64,000 nucleotides of DNA. It comes from a virus. Lineage: Duplodnaviria > Caudoviricetes. The stretch's first letter is position 1, and each line of letters opens with the position of its first letter. Location: positions 13,275 to 77,274 of IMG/VR virus record IMGVR_UViG_2811995040_000001. The stretch is one strand, 5' to 3'. Positions 33,901 through 43,949 of this stretch are shown piece after piece. The position numbers and the translations under genes were made by a program. Under the pieces are notes generated by a model that saw only the letters and a list, made by a program, of their open reading frames with translations, had not been told where the DNA came from and made no database searches.

Positions 33901-34297
33901 AGGCCATCAGTTTGATAGCCTCAGCCGCCTGCGATGCGCTGTATTCAGTCGTGCGGCCCATTTCCTGTGCCGCCTGATCGTATAACTTCATCTGCGCAGT
34001 ATTGGCGCCAGTAATAGCCTGTAAATCAGATAATGACTGTGCGTACTGACGAGTCGTATTGATGATTGCACCGAGTGATAAACCAGCTCCGGCAAATCCT
34101 GCCAGCCTGCCAGCAAGCCCGGTTACGGACTCAGAAACACGCCGGTATGCATCCTCTGTTTTTTTAGCATCAGCCTGGGCATTGCGGTTAAAACGGCGTG
34201 ACTGGTTGTCGGCATCACCGTAGGCGCTCATCAGCTGTGATTTAAAATTAGCTGCATTGAGATGCAGCCCGACGGCAAGAGAGGCAACGTCACCCAT
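30995..34297 (-). CDS. Tape measure protein
   Basis: ~1100 aa Ala-rich; C-terminal FAKGAGVFGEAGPEAIMPL. Confidence 0.92.
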   Translation of the reverse strand: MGDVASLAVGLHLNAANFKSQLMSAYGDADNQSRRFNRNAQADAKKTEDAYRRVSESVTGLAGRLAGFAGAGLSLGAIINTTRQYAQSLSDLQAITGANTAQMKLYDQAAQEMGRTTEYSASQAAEAIKLMASAKPELLSTSEGLSAATKSALTLAQAAGTTLPDATRTLALSLNQFGAGAEQADRYINVLAAGAKYGSSEIVDTAAAIKNGGVAAAQAGVGFEQLNAAIQVLAAREIKGGEAGTALRNVILNLEKGADKSLKPSVVGLSQALANLAGKNLSTAQAVKLFGVENITAASILVDNRSKLDELTTALTGTQTAHEQAAIRVNNLNGDLLSLTSAFEGLIVKVGQSGDGPLRSGVQTITEALNGLADNFNTVANVALYTLIPVIATKLTAGVRGNISAWRENQVAVKAAAQAQADIARKTLESTAAILAQNNAEFGHYREMEKTAKLYGLNVSYQSDFNRLIRQETEQTLLATQAKYQLNIANKQLSISARAASVAIGLAKGALALVGGPFGAAMLAGSALLYFHQKAKDARQSAINLKDAVVETNEELKKLSLNQLNVKQLDIDEQFENQVIQRNKLIKQIQDADSRIDGLSGFDPFGQLKGVQNDKTRYKGDLDAVEQGLKLLKERKKVIKEAIEQAKSGKTGPTPKPNKPGKNDTGRDKPNTTWSGEGGDTDKEKKAKVNQYEQLRREIEAAHATSLSRINLQEQESSRKLAEAAKKNGVSDADLQKTLLLNAENYQKQRLELAEQYAPVRASLNKEREASQELKSLLDARLLTEKEYQTARITLAQSTARELLQAQADAASAPLLNIAGTVDPLADLRNQLTQRQALLQAYYQNDAISKEQYEMLKQKAAKDSADSQYQTAVELYRSQGDLNNLSIGLFETAQERTSNMLTGLLMNTQSFRDGMVSMFASLAQSVIKNLTDMAAQALLTNTILKSIMGIGSGISGGLGESTGTAISSFASSFEFNANGGVYDSPSLSSFSNGIYNTPTLFAFAKGAGVFGEAGPEAIMPLSRTADGVLGVRALRDADASSRDGRASQMVYSPVYHIAIQNDGKNGEIGPQAARNLIQMIDSRVQITMQSMRRDGGMLSR

Positions 34298-34560
34298 TAC
34301 ATTAATGCCCTCATAACAGCCGCACACTGATCATCAATACTCTGATTAACCGTTGCGGGAGATGATTCAACAGATGGCGTGGATGCGCTTATATTCTCTG
34401 CTTCGGGCCGTTGAAAAATGCCCTGTTTCAGGAAGAAAGCACGCCAGTGGAAAAGTATGTCTGCCGGCAGTGCGGCAATTTTTGACGGGTCAGGCTCGCC
34501 CCAGCGATCGGCCAGCCAGAAAATCAGCTCCAGCCAGGGCGAGTCACTCAGTTTTTTTCG
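34297..34560 (-). CDS. Tail assembly chaperone T segment (-1 frameshift extension)
   Basis: Slippery AAAAAAC before the G stop; the -1 frame KLSDSPWLELIFWLADRWGEPDP.. stays open to TAA at 34297. Confidence 0.7.
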   Translation of the reverse strand, partial: RKKLSDSPWLELIFWLADRWGEPDPSKIAALPADILFHWRAFFLKQGIFQRPEAENISASTPSVESSPATVNQSIDDQCAAVMRALM

Positions 34561-34910
34561 GCGGTTTCCAGCTTACCGATGGAATGTTTTTTGACCTTAT
34601 CGATAGCATCCAGAAGCTCAACGTTATCGTGTGCCGCCAGCAGTTCCTGTGCTGTAGGTTTATCGCTATCTTTAATTGGCTCACCATCTGGTGTTACCAG
34701 ACTGTCGACAACGATTTGCACACTAAGCTCAGACGCCTTACGAGAATTACCTTCTGTCTGGGCCTCAATCAGCGCATCCTCATGATCAATCAATTCAGCT
34801 GCAGTCAGTCGGCGCAAATAAACTTTTGTGCCAAAAATTTCCGTCTCAACTGGCTCAGATTTAGTTTTAAGCAGCGCTGTTTTCAGTTTTGAAAGGTTAA
34901 ATTCAGACAT
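34548..34910 (-). CDS. Tail assembly chaperone G
   Basis: Between major tail and tape measure genes; ends AEKN*. Confidence 0.8.
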   Translation of the reverse strand: MSEFNLSKLKTALLKTKSEPVETEIFGTKVYLRRLTAAELIDHEDALIEAQTEGNSRKASELSVQIVVDSLVTPDGEPIKDSDKPTAQELLAAHDNVELLDAIDKVKKHSIGKLETAEKN

Positions 34911-34979
34911 ATTTCATCCTGTATAACGAAAATAAAAAAGCCGCCATAAACAGGCGGCGATATAGTCAGAGATAAGTAA

Positions 34980-35453
34980 TTAACTACCTGGTGCCGACGG
35001 GGCTGCGGATTTTGTTCCCCACTTAATATTATTTTGCTTACCCTGAACGGTAATCTGAATAACCTCGCTGGCCGGGGCGGTGATTTCGTTAACCTGCCAG
35101 CCAGCCAGCGCCAGAATCATTGATGCTGTCCGGCCATTAGGCAGTTCGATATAAAACTGGACAGTTTTACGCTGCTCTGCTGCATTAAGGAACGCTGCAA
35201 AATCACTGTTCGTCGGATCGTCAATAAATCCCAGCGATTTTTCCGGCCCTTCCGGCAAATCGGAAATGGATTGCTTACTTGTATCAATAAGCGTGGTGCA
35301 ATCGACAAAGCCTCCTGTCTGTCCGGTCGCTCCAAGTGCTTTACAGTTAACAAGAGGTTTCAGTGCTGCTTCAGCGTCACCAACCTCGCCGTACTTGACG
35401 ATCGTTCCGGCAGGCAGCATCGCATATTCTGGCGATGTTTTTTGATCAGCCAT
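34980..35453 (-). CDS. Major tail tube protein
   Basis: SPEYAMLPAGTIVKYG..VDCTTLID; position. Confidence 0.8.
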   Translation of the reverse strand: MADQKTSPEYAMLPAGTIVKYGEVGDAEAALKPLVNCKALGATGQTGGFVDCTTLIDTSKQSISDLPEGPEKSLGFIDDPTNSDFAAFLNAAEQRKTVQFYIELPNGRTASMILALAGWQVNEITAPASEVIQITVQGKQNNIKWGTKSAAPSAPGS

Positions 35454-35485
35454 AATTTTCTCTCTTTGTATATTGGCAGCGGTCG

Positions 35486-35887
35486 CTACCTGTTTTGAAT
35501 GCCGTTTCTGATTTCCACAGCTAACACACGCAGCACAGTCTGGACGTTATAGTCCAGCGCTGGTCTGATAAACGGTTCTGCAACCTGTTTAACCGTTCCG
35601 AACTCCTGCGCTAATGCCTTCATATAATGTTGTTTGCTGGGACCGACCCGCAGTGTTACTACTGTGCTACCACGGCTCTTTCGGTTGGAGTTGCGTATTT
35701 TGATAGAGTCACGCATATGCTGTGCTGTAGATGTTTCATCGTAGCCAGCATGTTGTTTCATATCCTCTTCAACAACTTTTAGCGCTTCCCGACCAGCATC
35801 TCTAAGGACTTTTGTACCGACTTTTTCTCCGAGGGCCATCAGCTGGCGTTCCAGATCATCCAGGCCTGTAACTTCCATTTTGATCAT
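35486..35887 (-). CDS. HK97 gp10-like tail protein
   Basis: EVTGLDDL..QEFGT....PFIRPA. Confidence 0.85.
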   Translation of the reverse strand: MIKMEVTGLDDLERQLMALGEKVGTKVLRDAGREALKVVEEDMKQHAGYDETSTAQHMRDSIKIRNSNRKSRGSTVVTLRVGPSKQHYMKALAQEFGTVKQVAEPFIRPALDYNVQTVLRVLAVEIRNGIQNR

Positions 35888-36273
35888 TCGGCTGATTCCG
35901 GATAAACAAAGGTAAAGTCACGAACCAGTCGGTACTGGTTACGCCCGTTTGTCAGGGTTGTTTTATCCTGATGAATCCCTCCTCGATCAACATATTGAAC
36001 CGGAAAACCGTCAAGCTGGCCGTGTACGATCTGCTTCCATTCGGACCAGATTTTCCTGTCCAGTCGCAACAGGTCTGTATAGGAATCCAGGAGGTAAAGT
36101 GAGATCTGAAAGCGGCCTGCAATCAAACCTGTTCGCAATAGTCCGGCGTAGATTCCCGGATCGGAAATTCGTTGAAATGTCACGCCTTCCTGTACAGTAT
36201 CCGGAAGTAAAAGCGGATAAGCCGCCATCCCTGTAATCCGTTCCAGCGCCGTCTTAATTGCTGACTCGATCAT
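35884..36273 (-). CDS. Tail terminator-like protein
   Basis: TFQRIS..RFQI; position in the head-tail cluster. Confidence 0.65.
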   Translation of the reverse strand: MIESAIKTALERITGMAAYPLLLPDTVQEGVTFQRISDPGIYAGLLRTGLIAGRFQISLYLLDSYTDLLRLDRKIWSEWKQIVHGQLDGFPVQYVDRGGIHQDKTTLTNGRNQYRLVRDFTFVYPESAE

Positions 36274-36598
36274 GACGTGTATCTGCCTCCCCGGTTATAA
36301 TGATGCGATCTGCCAGTCGCTCAACGTTCCTGACCGTATAAATTCGGTTCGTCGTGGCGACTTTCCAGTCAATATCAACTGCACGCGGGTACAACGTAAA
36401 AAGACAGGTTTCAACCACCTGTTGCTGATCCAGCGTTCGAACCTTACGGCCTGAAACCAGCTCCTTTTTAGCCCATGCTTCACCATCCAGAACCTCTCTG
36501 GCAGGAAGCTCCTCACCAAGCGGCCCACGCCCGGTTTCAATATGGCTCAGTTTTATCCGGCAGTTCAGTTCACCGGGGCGAAGTGGTTTATCACTCAT
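36254..36598 (-). CDS. Head closure protein
   Basis: LRPGELNCRI..WA motif. Confidence 0.75.
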   Translation of the reverse strand: MSDKPLRPGELNCRIKLSHIETGRGPLGEELPAREVLDGEAWAKKELVSGRKVRTLDQQQVVETCLFTLYPRAVDIDWKVATTNRIYTVRNVERLADRIIITGEADTRHDRVSN

Positions 36599-36924
36599 AC
36601 GGTATGCTCCATGAGTGGAAACAGCAGATATTCAACGCCCAGATCGGCAGGAGACTCGTCACCAGTTCCTGTTGGATTGAGATACCACTGCGAGACCATC
36701 ATTTTCGCTGCCAGCTTAATATCGTCATCAATAACGTAGCCATTTTCACCATCACCCAGCGCATCGAGCTGTTCCTGACTCTCAACCAGCCTGCAGTAAT
36801 AGGTTCTTTCTATGCTTCGTTGTGCGGCATTAATCAGCGATGACAACATCTCATCGTGAGCGGTAAAATCCAGCTCCAGACGGAGCTGCGTCTTAGCTTC
36901 ATCCAATGTCAGTATCATGATCAC
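36595..36924 (-). CDS. Head-tail connector (gp6-like)
   Basis: LTLDEAKTQLRL..D..IKLA..M.V..WY. Confidence 0.85.
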   Translation of the reverse strand: MIMILTLDEAKTQLRLELDFTAHDEMLSSLINAAQRSIERTYYCRLVESQEQLDALGDGENGYVIDDDIKLAAKMMVSQWYLNPTGTGDESPADLGVEYLLFPLMEHTV

Positions 36925-37189
36925 TGGCTCCCGACTGGGGACTTAATACTTTTTTCGCATCTTCTGGCCAGACGGCAATTCGTCGCTCAACCAATGCTTC
37001 CGCATACTGAACATCGAAACAGGCTACATCACCGCGGGAATAGCGATGATATGGTCCCAGAAATGTTACAGCCTTACGTTCTACGTTAACTTCCGTTGAG
37101 ACCGTGGTCCCATCTACATGGGCATTGGTTTGGTCAGTATCCGCAGTACCTTCATTTTTAACTGCGGTTTTTGGTGTCTTACCTGCCAT
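36899..37189 (-). CDS. Hypothetical head-associated protein
   Basis: 96 aa directly after the capsid gene. Confidence 0.55.
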   Translation of the reverse strand: MAGKTPKTAVKNEGTADTDQTNAHVDGTTVSTEVNVERKAVTFLGPYHRYSRGDVACFDVQYAEALVERRIAVWPEDAKKVLSPQSGASDHDTDIG

Positions 37190-37244
37190 TACTTTTCTCC
37201 TGAAAAAGAAAAAGCCCGCATTTGCGGGCCATATTCGTCAATGG

Positions 37245-38531
37245 TTAGAACAGAACCTTAGTGCCAAGCACCATACCTTCCGGATGACGGAAGCCGATAT
37301 CATGCTCTGTAACGACACGGATCAGAGACTGGTTACGGGAGAACGCTGATACCAGATTCCCGTCTGCATCCTGATATGACGCCTCCTGCGAGAACGCCAC
37401 TTTCATGTTGCCATCTTCACCAATAACGACATCGTTAAAGTCGGCGAAATAAATCTCTGACTCTTTACCACCAGTACCCAGATTTGCAGGAATCGCGCTG
37501 GTTCGCTGGATTGGATACCCCTTCAGCAATCCCTGGGCCATTTCCGGGTAAACCTTATTACCGTTACCATCACGCAGGCCAAATAGCTTCATGTAGGTAC
37601 GGTTGGACATACCCCAGCCACAGCTAATCATGTTGCTGTTACCATCCATTGCCATCAGGATGATGCTGTCGAGATACGTATCAATCGTATTCAGGTTAAT
37701 GTCGGCAGCGGAATCCCATTCCTTCAGACGGTTCCATTCCGTAGCGCGGGCCTTCATCCCGATTGGGGTATCGCCGGTGCCATCATCACGCATAAAGGCC
37801 TTGTCTTCACGGACAGAAATCGCGGTAAGAATATCCTGCAATACCAGTTGCTCTACGTTGAACCCGGCGCGACCAATCAGCTGGTTAGAGATAGGCACCA
37901 TCGCAATCATGGTTTTAGCGGTAAGTTTCACATCGTCGAAGCGTGCTTCTGACGTTTTGGCATCCTTACCTTCGCCGGTATAGCTCGCCGTCGCCCCACC
38001 TGCCAGACGCGGCAACGCCATATTGCCGTTCGGCAGCGGAATAGAGCGGGCGCCCAGCTTACGAACGATGGTGCGATCACGCAGTAGTTCGATCACCTCG
38101 CTGTGGAGGTTTTGCGGGATAAGAACTCCACCAGAATTCGCCGCCGTATTAATAGCCATCGATACAGATGGGTCATTCAGTTCTTCTGCCGCAAATTTTG
38201 CAGCATCCTGAACGTTACCCTGTGCAGCTGCAATCGACATAACAAGACGGGTCATCCCGGCGCCGGTATATTGCTTAGGCTCTGTTTTAACGCTGACAGC
38301 AGGTGCCTGCTGCGTCGCTTTAACTGGTTTTGCCACAACAGCTGCCGCACGTTCAGCCGCTTCCAGACGGTCGATTTTGGCGCTGATATCACCAAACTGC
38401 TGCTGCAGGCTGGCGAACTCCGTCAGTTGCTCTGCCGTCAACGTACCGCCGCCGGCTTCAACTGCTGCCAGTACCTGAACCTGCTGATTAATACCCGCGC
38501 GTTCACGACGTAATTCTTCAATATGATCCAT
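37245..38531 (-). CDS. HK97-family major capsid protein
   Basis: Coiled-coil delta domain, GGVLIPQ..EVIELLR and AF.RDDG. Confidence 0.92.
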   Translation of the reverse strand: MDHIEELRRERAGINQQVQVLAAVEAGGGTLTAEQLTEFASLQQQFGDISAKIDRLEAAERAAAVVAKPVKATQQAPAVSVKTEPKQYTGAGMTRLVMSIAAAQGNVQDAAKFAAEELNDPSVSMAINTAANSGGVLIPQNLHSEVIELLRDRTIVRKLGARSIPLPNGNMALPRLAGGATASYTGEGKDAKTSEARFDDVKLTAKTMIAMVPISNQLIGRAGFNVEQLVLQDILTAISVREDKAFMRDDGTGDTPIGMKARATEWNRLKEWDSAADINLNTIDTYLDSIILMAMDGNSNMISCGWGMSNRTYMKLFGLRDGNGNKVYPEMAQGLLKGYPIQRTSAIPANLGTGGKESEIYFADFNDVVIGEDGNMKVAFSQEASYQDADGNLVSAFSRNQSLIRVVTEHDIGFRHPEGMVLGTKVLF

Positions 38532-38605
38532 GTTTTTTCTCTCTTTTTGGCATAAAAAAAAGCAGCCCGGAGGCTGCTTTCTGATAATGACGCGTTCGCG
38601 TCGGG

Positions 38606-39535
38606 TTACATTTTTGCTTGCTGGTCCATTACTGCGGCCTGAAGCTTAATTGACGTTGCCTGCTGCGGTTTTTTGTATTTATCTGCAATAGCGTTAATAG
38701 CAGACTGCGGATCTGACACCTCATCAGCCAGACCGGCAGTAATAGCATCGGCACCAAAGTAAAGTCCTGCCTGGGTATCAATAACAGCCTGCTGATTCAT
38801 GCCGCGATATTCAGCTACAGATGCCGTAAATATCTCGTACATATCATCGATCATTCCCTGGAACATCAAATGTGCCTGCTCACTCAGCGGCTCATGTGGC
38901 GTACCATTATTTTTATTATCACCACGATAAATAGTGGTGAATTTCAGCCCAACGCTATCTTCCCATTTCGATGCTTCCATATGCTCAAAAATAACGCCGA
39001 TTGAACCCACTCCGCTTGTTTTACTAACGATAATTTTGCTGCAGGCTGAAGCAATAAAATATGCAGCTGAATAAGCGCTGTAATTCACGATCGCTGTAAT
39101 TGGTTTTATATCACGTGACTGAAATATATAATCAGCCAGTTCTTTACACCCTACAGCAGCTCCGCCTCCTGAATTTATATCCAGAACAATTTCGCTAATT
39201 GCAGGGTCATTCAGCGCCATATAAAGCTGGCTGCGGATTCGTTCATAGCTCGTCAGTTCCGTACACATCGCCGTTATCTGCCCACGACGCGGAACCAGAA
39301 TCCCATGAACGGAGATAACAGCGACACCACCTGCTGGCTGTTCCATAGCTGGCTCCAGCTGGTTATCAGGGGTCAGCACCATAGTAATTCCTGCATCGGT
39401 AACAGCACCCTGAATCCGGGGGATAAGCACCGCTTTAACCGAGTCCATTGTCTGGCGCGTAGCATAATGCGGCACGCCAAATACCTGATCTGCCAGATGA
39501 GGCAGGTTAATCAATTTCGTCATGGTTTCCACCAT
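38606..39535 (-). CDS. S49-family prohead protease
   Basis: LDINSGGG, AYSAAYFIAS, GSIGV and A..AGLAD. Confidence 0.9.
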   Translation of the reverse strand: MVETMTKLINLPHLADQVFGVPHYATRQTMDSVKAVLIPRIQGAVTDAGITMVLTPDNQLEPAMEQPAGGVAVISVHGILVPRRGQITAMCTELTSYERIRSQLYMALNDPAISEIVLDINSGGGAAVGCKELADYIFQSRDIKPITAIVNYSAYSAAYFIASACSKIIVSKTSGVGSIGVIFEHMEASKWEDSVGLKFTTIYRGDNKNNGTPHEPLSEQAHLMFQGMIDDMYEIFTASVAEYRGMNQQAVIDTQAGLYFGADAITAGLADEVSDPQSAINAIADKYKKPQQATSIKLQAAVMDQQAKM

Positions 39536-39561
39536 TAAAAAAGCCCGTATTACGGACTGGC

Positions 39562-40821
39562 TTACTCTTCTCCCAGGATGGCTTTAATCTCAAGCATCTG
39601 TTGTGCCGTCGGTTTATTTTTCCCGGAAAGTAAATTAGTACTATCAACCATATTCAACGGCGTCAGATACTTATCACCTCCCTGAATCGGAGGCAGGTTT
39701 TCCATCCGGCGAATATCGTTAACTGATAACCAGCCCCACTGGCGCCCAAGTGCGTATGATTCATAACGTGATTTCTGATCTCCACGCAGCAATCCTGATA
39801 CATTAAATTCGATATACAGCTCACCACGTTCACTGGGGAGCAGCAGATCACGCATCAGCGCGCCTTCATGCCGTTTCAGCCAGGCAAGCAGCGTGTACAT
39901 GACAAACTGCAATCCCTGATGCTCAATATTGTTATTGGTCGCCTTCTCCAGCATTTGCACCATATGTGGCGGGATCTTATATAACCGACAGACCTCCTCA
40001 ACACCCCACTGCCTGGACTGCAACAGCTGCGCTTTCTCATTATCCTGAGATAGCTGTTTGTAGCTCATCCCTTCCTGAAGTAATGCAACAGAGAATGCGT
40101 TTCTTACGCCGGAATATCTGTCCGTCCACTTTGCCAGCAGGCGGTCGATAGCATCCTGATTTTTGATTGTTGGGGCATCTTTTGGACGCTCAATAACGCC
40201 GCTCATCGTTGTGCCCCGGCGAAAGACCTGAGAAGCATGCTCTTCCACGGCCAGGTTTAGCCCAAGAACATCCGCGTTCGTCTGTATTGGGGAACTGCCG
40301 ATATAGCCATCCAGCGAGAAGACCTTCACATGATGCATCATGCGCATTGGCAATGTTTCGCCAATTTCGGGTAGTTCATAATATGGCATCCCGTCCGGTC
40401 CTTTCAGAACTATGATTTTTTTGGGATTAACCGGGATTAATTCGCGGGGATACCCTTTTCCATCCCTGTCGATGATCGAGTAGCAATTTCCCTCCAGCCC
40501 GAGCAGGCCCTGTTGCTGTTCAAAGTATTCAAATGAAGTGTCTTTTTTATTGGGCTGGGAATGAATCAGATCATAAACAGGATGGTCAGTGGCCCGTTCC
40601 CGGCCTCCGTTATCGCGTCGCCGGTACAGTTCACACGGTAGTTGTGCGATTGATTCAGCAAGAAGCGTAACACACGCCCGGACAGCCGATAATGCTATCG
40701 CTGTTTCGGGAGTTATAATTATTCCCGCCTTACTCTGGTTTGAACTGACCCCTCCCAGCATCGCTTCCCAAAAACCGCCACCAGATCGTGATTTACCCCG
40801 GAACATCTGGGGAATGAACAT
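39562..40821 (-). CDS. HK97-family portal protein
   Basis: AV.ACV.LLAESIAQLP, LEGN.Y and IPPHM...LEKAT.NNIE. Confidence 0.93.
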   Translation of the reverse strand: MFIPQMFRGKSRSGGGFWEAMLGGVSSNQSKAGIIITPETAIALSAVRACVTLLAESIAQLPCELYRRRDNGGRERATDHPVYDLIHSQPNKKDTSFEYFEQQQGLLGLEGNCYSIIDRDGKGYPRELIPVNPKKIIVLKGPDGMPYYELPEIGETLPMRMMHHVKVFSLDGYIGSSPIQTNADVLGLNLAVEEHASQVFRRGTTMSGVIERPKDAPTIKNQDAIDRLLAKWTDRYSGVRNAFSVALLQEGMSYKQLSQDNEKAQLLQSRQWGVEEVCRLYKIPPHMVQMLEKATNNNIEHQGLQFVMYTLLAWLKRHEGALMRDLLLPSERGELYIEFNVSGLLRGDQKSRYESYALGRQWGWLSVNDIRRMENLPPIQGGDKYLTPLNMVDSTNLLSGKNKPTAQQMLEIKAILGEE

Positions 40822-40993
40822 TATTCACCCCCTGATTTTTGTATGCCGTCTGACGCTATAAGAGCAATGCAGAATGACCATATCAGACAAATTATTCCCC
40901 CCACGATCAAACCGGCTGCTGGTGAGACCAGCCATGCACCGGCAGACATCAGACAGGCTCCGGCGAGGCCGATAAAAAAGCTTAAAATCGTTA

Positions 40994-42718
40994 TTAACAT
41001 GCCACATCTTCCTCGTCATAAACGGATGAGTTAATCTCCCGGCCATTGAGCATCGCGCGGCCGATCCCCATCATCAGGCCAACCGCACCATCGATTTTGT
41101 TGCCGGCCCCCTCTTTTACCGGACGTACAACATCATCACTACCCGGTAAATACTTGCCGACAACGTTAGAGATGCACCAGGTCATCAGCGGATTACCGTC
41201 ATGATGGAAGCGGCCAGCAGCGATCGCAGCCTCAATCTCTCGCATCGGGTCGCTCATGTTGGTGTAGTTCTGGGTGATGGTGACGGGCTCCAGCCCTTCA
41301 TCCTGCAACATATGGGAAAGGCCGGTGGCGCCATAGGGATCAATCGGGCTGGCCGCTATTTTCACCGTCTCCCGTAAATTCAGGATCGCTTCGTAAATAA
41401 GGCGATAATCCACCTCTGCACCGTCAGACGGAACCAGCACGCCCTGATTAACAAAGGACTGATAGCGATCGGCGGTAGTTTTTAGCGCCGGATCTGTCGA
41501 ATACACGGTATCTTCTGGCACCCAGAACAGAGGCGAAACGCAGTAGTAATGGCTTAATCCGTCGATTTCCCGGCGGAAAACGGGTACAACCGCGTTAAGG
41601 TCAAGCTTTGAAGCCAGGTCGATACCGAGATAACACTCTTCCCCCGCAAAATCGGACAGTCTGAGTGTCTTGTCTGCCGTGGTCATCCACTTCTGCAGGT
41701 TGTAGTAAGCCGCTTTTGAACTCACCCATTTATTGAAATGCTTGGTGAGTATTTTGTTGGTCTGGCTGGGCGTGGATATCGCCAGCTGCTGCTTGGCCTT
41801 AAGGAATCCCTCTTTCACCGAAATGTTGTAATTCGGGTTGGCTTTGATCAGCGCTTCCGGCTGCGTCCAGTCATCGTCATCATCCAGGGTGTAGATGATC
41901 CCGAAAATTGCCTCGTTTTCACCACCTTCCCGGATACGCTCCAGTATCTCGACCACCTGAGCACGTTTTTCATAACAAGGCGAGGCAATATCAAAGCCTG
42001 CCGTCGTGATGATGAGCGTGATGGGTTGTTCCCTCGCCCCCATACCGGTGGTCATAGTGGTATAGAGCGCGTCAGTATCGTGCTCATGATATTCGTCGAT
42101 GATGGCGCAGGAGGGTGAATCACCATCGCCGGGATCGCCGATAACGGGTGCGAACAGGGAACCATCCGGGCGCGTCATTTTCTTCGCCCAGGGTTTAATG
42201 CTGAACTTCTGGCGCAGAGCCGGAAGTTTTTTCACCATTGCCAGAGCAGGGGCAAAGACTTTCCATGCCTGTTTTTCCGTCGTGGCGCCACAGTAAACTT
42301 CCGCAGCGTACTCACCATCGGCGCAGAACATATAATTACCAACGGCCGCCGCGATCGCCGATTTGCCGTTTTTACGTGGCACCTCGATGTAAATCTCAGT
42401 GAAGCGACGAAAACCATTATCCTTCCGCACCCAGCCAAACGGCACGCCCAGCGCAAATTTCTGCCAGGGTTCAAAATCAATACGCAGTTTCCGGCGAGCC
42501 CACTCACCGGATGTATGCGGCATTTTCTGGGAAAAACGAAGGAAACGTTCTGCTTTATTTTTATCGAAGCGGTAAGGCCAGTGTGGATCTCTGGCGCGTT
42601 CCAGGTCGTCCAGATGTCGCTGACAGGCAAGAATGGTTAACCGGCAGGCCAGTATCTTCCCGTTCACGACGTCCCGCGCATACTGGTTCGCCGCATTGAC
42701 GTTCGGATATGTAGCCAT
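40994..42718 (-). CDS. Terminase large subunit
   Basis: VPRKNGKS, IIDEYHEH, GIDLA and KIDGAV. Confidence 0.95.
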   Translation of the reverse strand: MATYPNVNAANQYARDVVNGKILACRLTILACQRHLDDLERARDPHWPYRFDKNKAERFLRFSQKMPHTSGEWARRKLRIDFEPWQKFALGVPFGWVRKDNGFRRFTEIYIEVPRKNGKSAIAAAVGNYMFCADGEYAAEVYCGATTEKQAWKVFAPALAMVKKLPALRQKFSIKPWAKKMTRPDGSLFAPVIGDPGDGDSPSCAIIDEYHEHDTDALYTTMTTGMGAREQPITLIITTAGFDIASPCYEKRAQVVEILERIREGGENEAIFGIIYTLDDDDDWTQPEALIKANPNYNISVKEGFLKAKQQLAISTPSQTNKILTKHFNKWVSSKAAYYNLQKWMTTADKTLRLSDFAGEECYLGIDLASKLDLNAVVPVFRREIDGLSHYYCVSPLFWVPEDTVYSTDPALKTTADRYQSFVNQGVLVPSDGAEVDYRLIYEAILNLRETVKIAASPIDPYGATGLSHMLQDEGLEPVTITQNYTNMSDPMREIEAAIAAGRFHHDGNPLMTWCISNVVGKYLPGSDDVVRPVKEGAGNKIDGAVGLMMGIGRAMLNGREINSSVYDEEDVAC

Positions 42719-43155
42719 CAGTCAAACTCATCAAATTCATTCCCTTCATCGTCCGGATCATTTTTACCGCTGGTCATTCTTATGCGGCTGAGCGGGTCTA
42801 ACCCGAGAAGTGAACCCAGACGGGCCAGCTGCGAAACGGAGTCATTACGGACATTGACTGCAGGATGTTTTTTCTCCCCCCCCATTTCACTTGATACGGT
42901 CAGACCATCCTTCGCGATGACTTTTTCGGCCTCAACCATCAGATGAAACGCATTGCAGTACGCCAGGAGTAACGGCGCGTCTTCAAGATCAAAAACACCG
43001 CGTTCGATTAAAATTTTGCTTTGAGTTTTCCAGATACGGATCGCTATATCGCTCATTAACTCATCTGGCGGTGCAATCCTGGTCAGCTTGCTTTTCTGAC
43101 CCTGAGGCAAATTGCGCTTACGGCCACCACCGGAAGATCGCACAGCAATACCCAT
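42718..43155 (-). CDS. Terminase small subunit (P27 family)
   Basis: KKHPAV..LGLDPLSR. Confidence 0.9.
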   Translation of the reverse strand: MGIAVRSSGGGRKRNLPQGQKSKLTRIAPPDELMSDIAIRIWKTQSKILIERGVFDLEDAPLLLAYCNAFHLMVEAEKVIAKDGLTVSSEMGGEKKHPAVNVRNDSVSQLARLGSLLGLDPLSRIRMTSGKNDPDDEGNEFDEFD

Positions 43156-43296
43156 CAAAACCTCCAATTCAATAGGCTGAGCCTTCCGGAAAAAAGTTTC
43201 TTAATTTGGGCGCGTAAAAATTTGACGGGAGCGGCAGTCCTGAAGCGCGAAAGGGGGCAGGGATTTTACCCCCCTACCCCCTGGCCTGTGTAGGCA

Positions 43297-43497
43297 TCAA
43301 TCAAGGTGGAAGCCATCATTCAGGCTGCGCCGACGACCGCTGCTCACATTGTGTAGACAGGCATTAGAGTTATGCCCTGACTGCTCACAATAGCCGCAGC
43401 GCAGGTTGGCGCGGCGCGATGAACCACCTTATGTTTTTGGGCAGTTAGCGACTGAATGCAGTTTTGAACCACAATATGTGCAGTGGATATACACCAT
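43297..43497 (-). pseudogene. Twin CCHC zinc-knuckle gene with an internal stop
   Basis: CTYCGSKLHSVANC PKT* ... CGYCEQSGHNSNAC. Confidence 0.6.
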
Positions 43498-43847
43498 CAG
43501 TTCAGTCTCTCTCTGGCTGTCTTGGCCCGATGGCATTCCCAGCATAACGATTCCAGATTCGAATCATCATCAGTGCCGCCATGAGCTTTTGGAATGATGT
43601 GATCAACGCTGGTCGCTTTCTTAGCTATCTTCTGCCGTCGATGGTTCTGACACAGGTATTGATCACGCTTCAGGATACGCGCACGGATAATGTCCCACTT
43701 CGAACCGTAGCCGCGCTGATGTCGGGACTGGCCTGGCTTGTATTGCTTCCAGCTTTCACTTTTATGGCTTTCACAATATCCGGATGGATCTGTTGTTGTA
43801 CTGTGACAGCCGCGCTTACGACAGGCTCGAGGAATTAGTGCTGGCAT
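43497..43847 (-). CDS. HNH endonuclease (cos-packaging associated)
   Basis: RGYG..W, VDHIIP..HGG.D..NL..LC..CH. Confidence 0.92.
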   Translation of the reverse strand: MPALIPRACRKRGCHSTTTDPSGYCESHKSESWKQYKPGQSRHQRGYGSKWDIIRARILKRDQYLCQNHRRQKIAKKATSVDHIIPKAHGGTDDDSNLESLCWECHRAKTARERLN

Positions 43848-43949
43848 GGTTCATCCTTACAAAAATCCATGGTGGTGCTCGTGTTCTGCACATAAAAAAG
43901 CCTCGCATATGCGAGGCTATGTAAATAAGTGGTAGTGATAATCTAGCAG

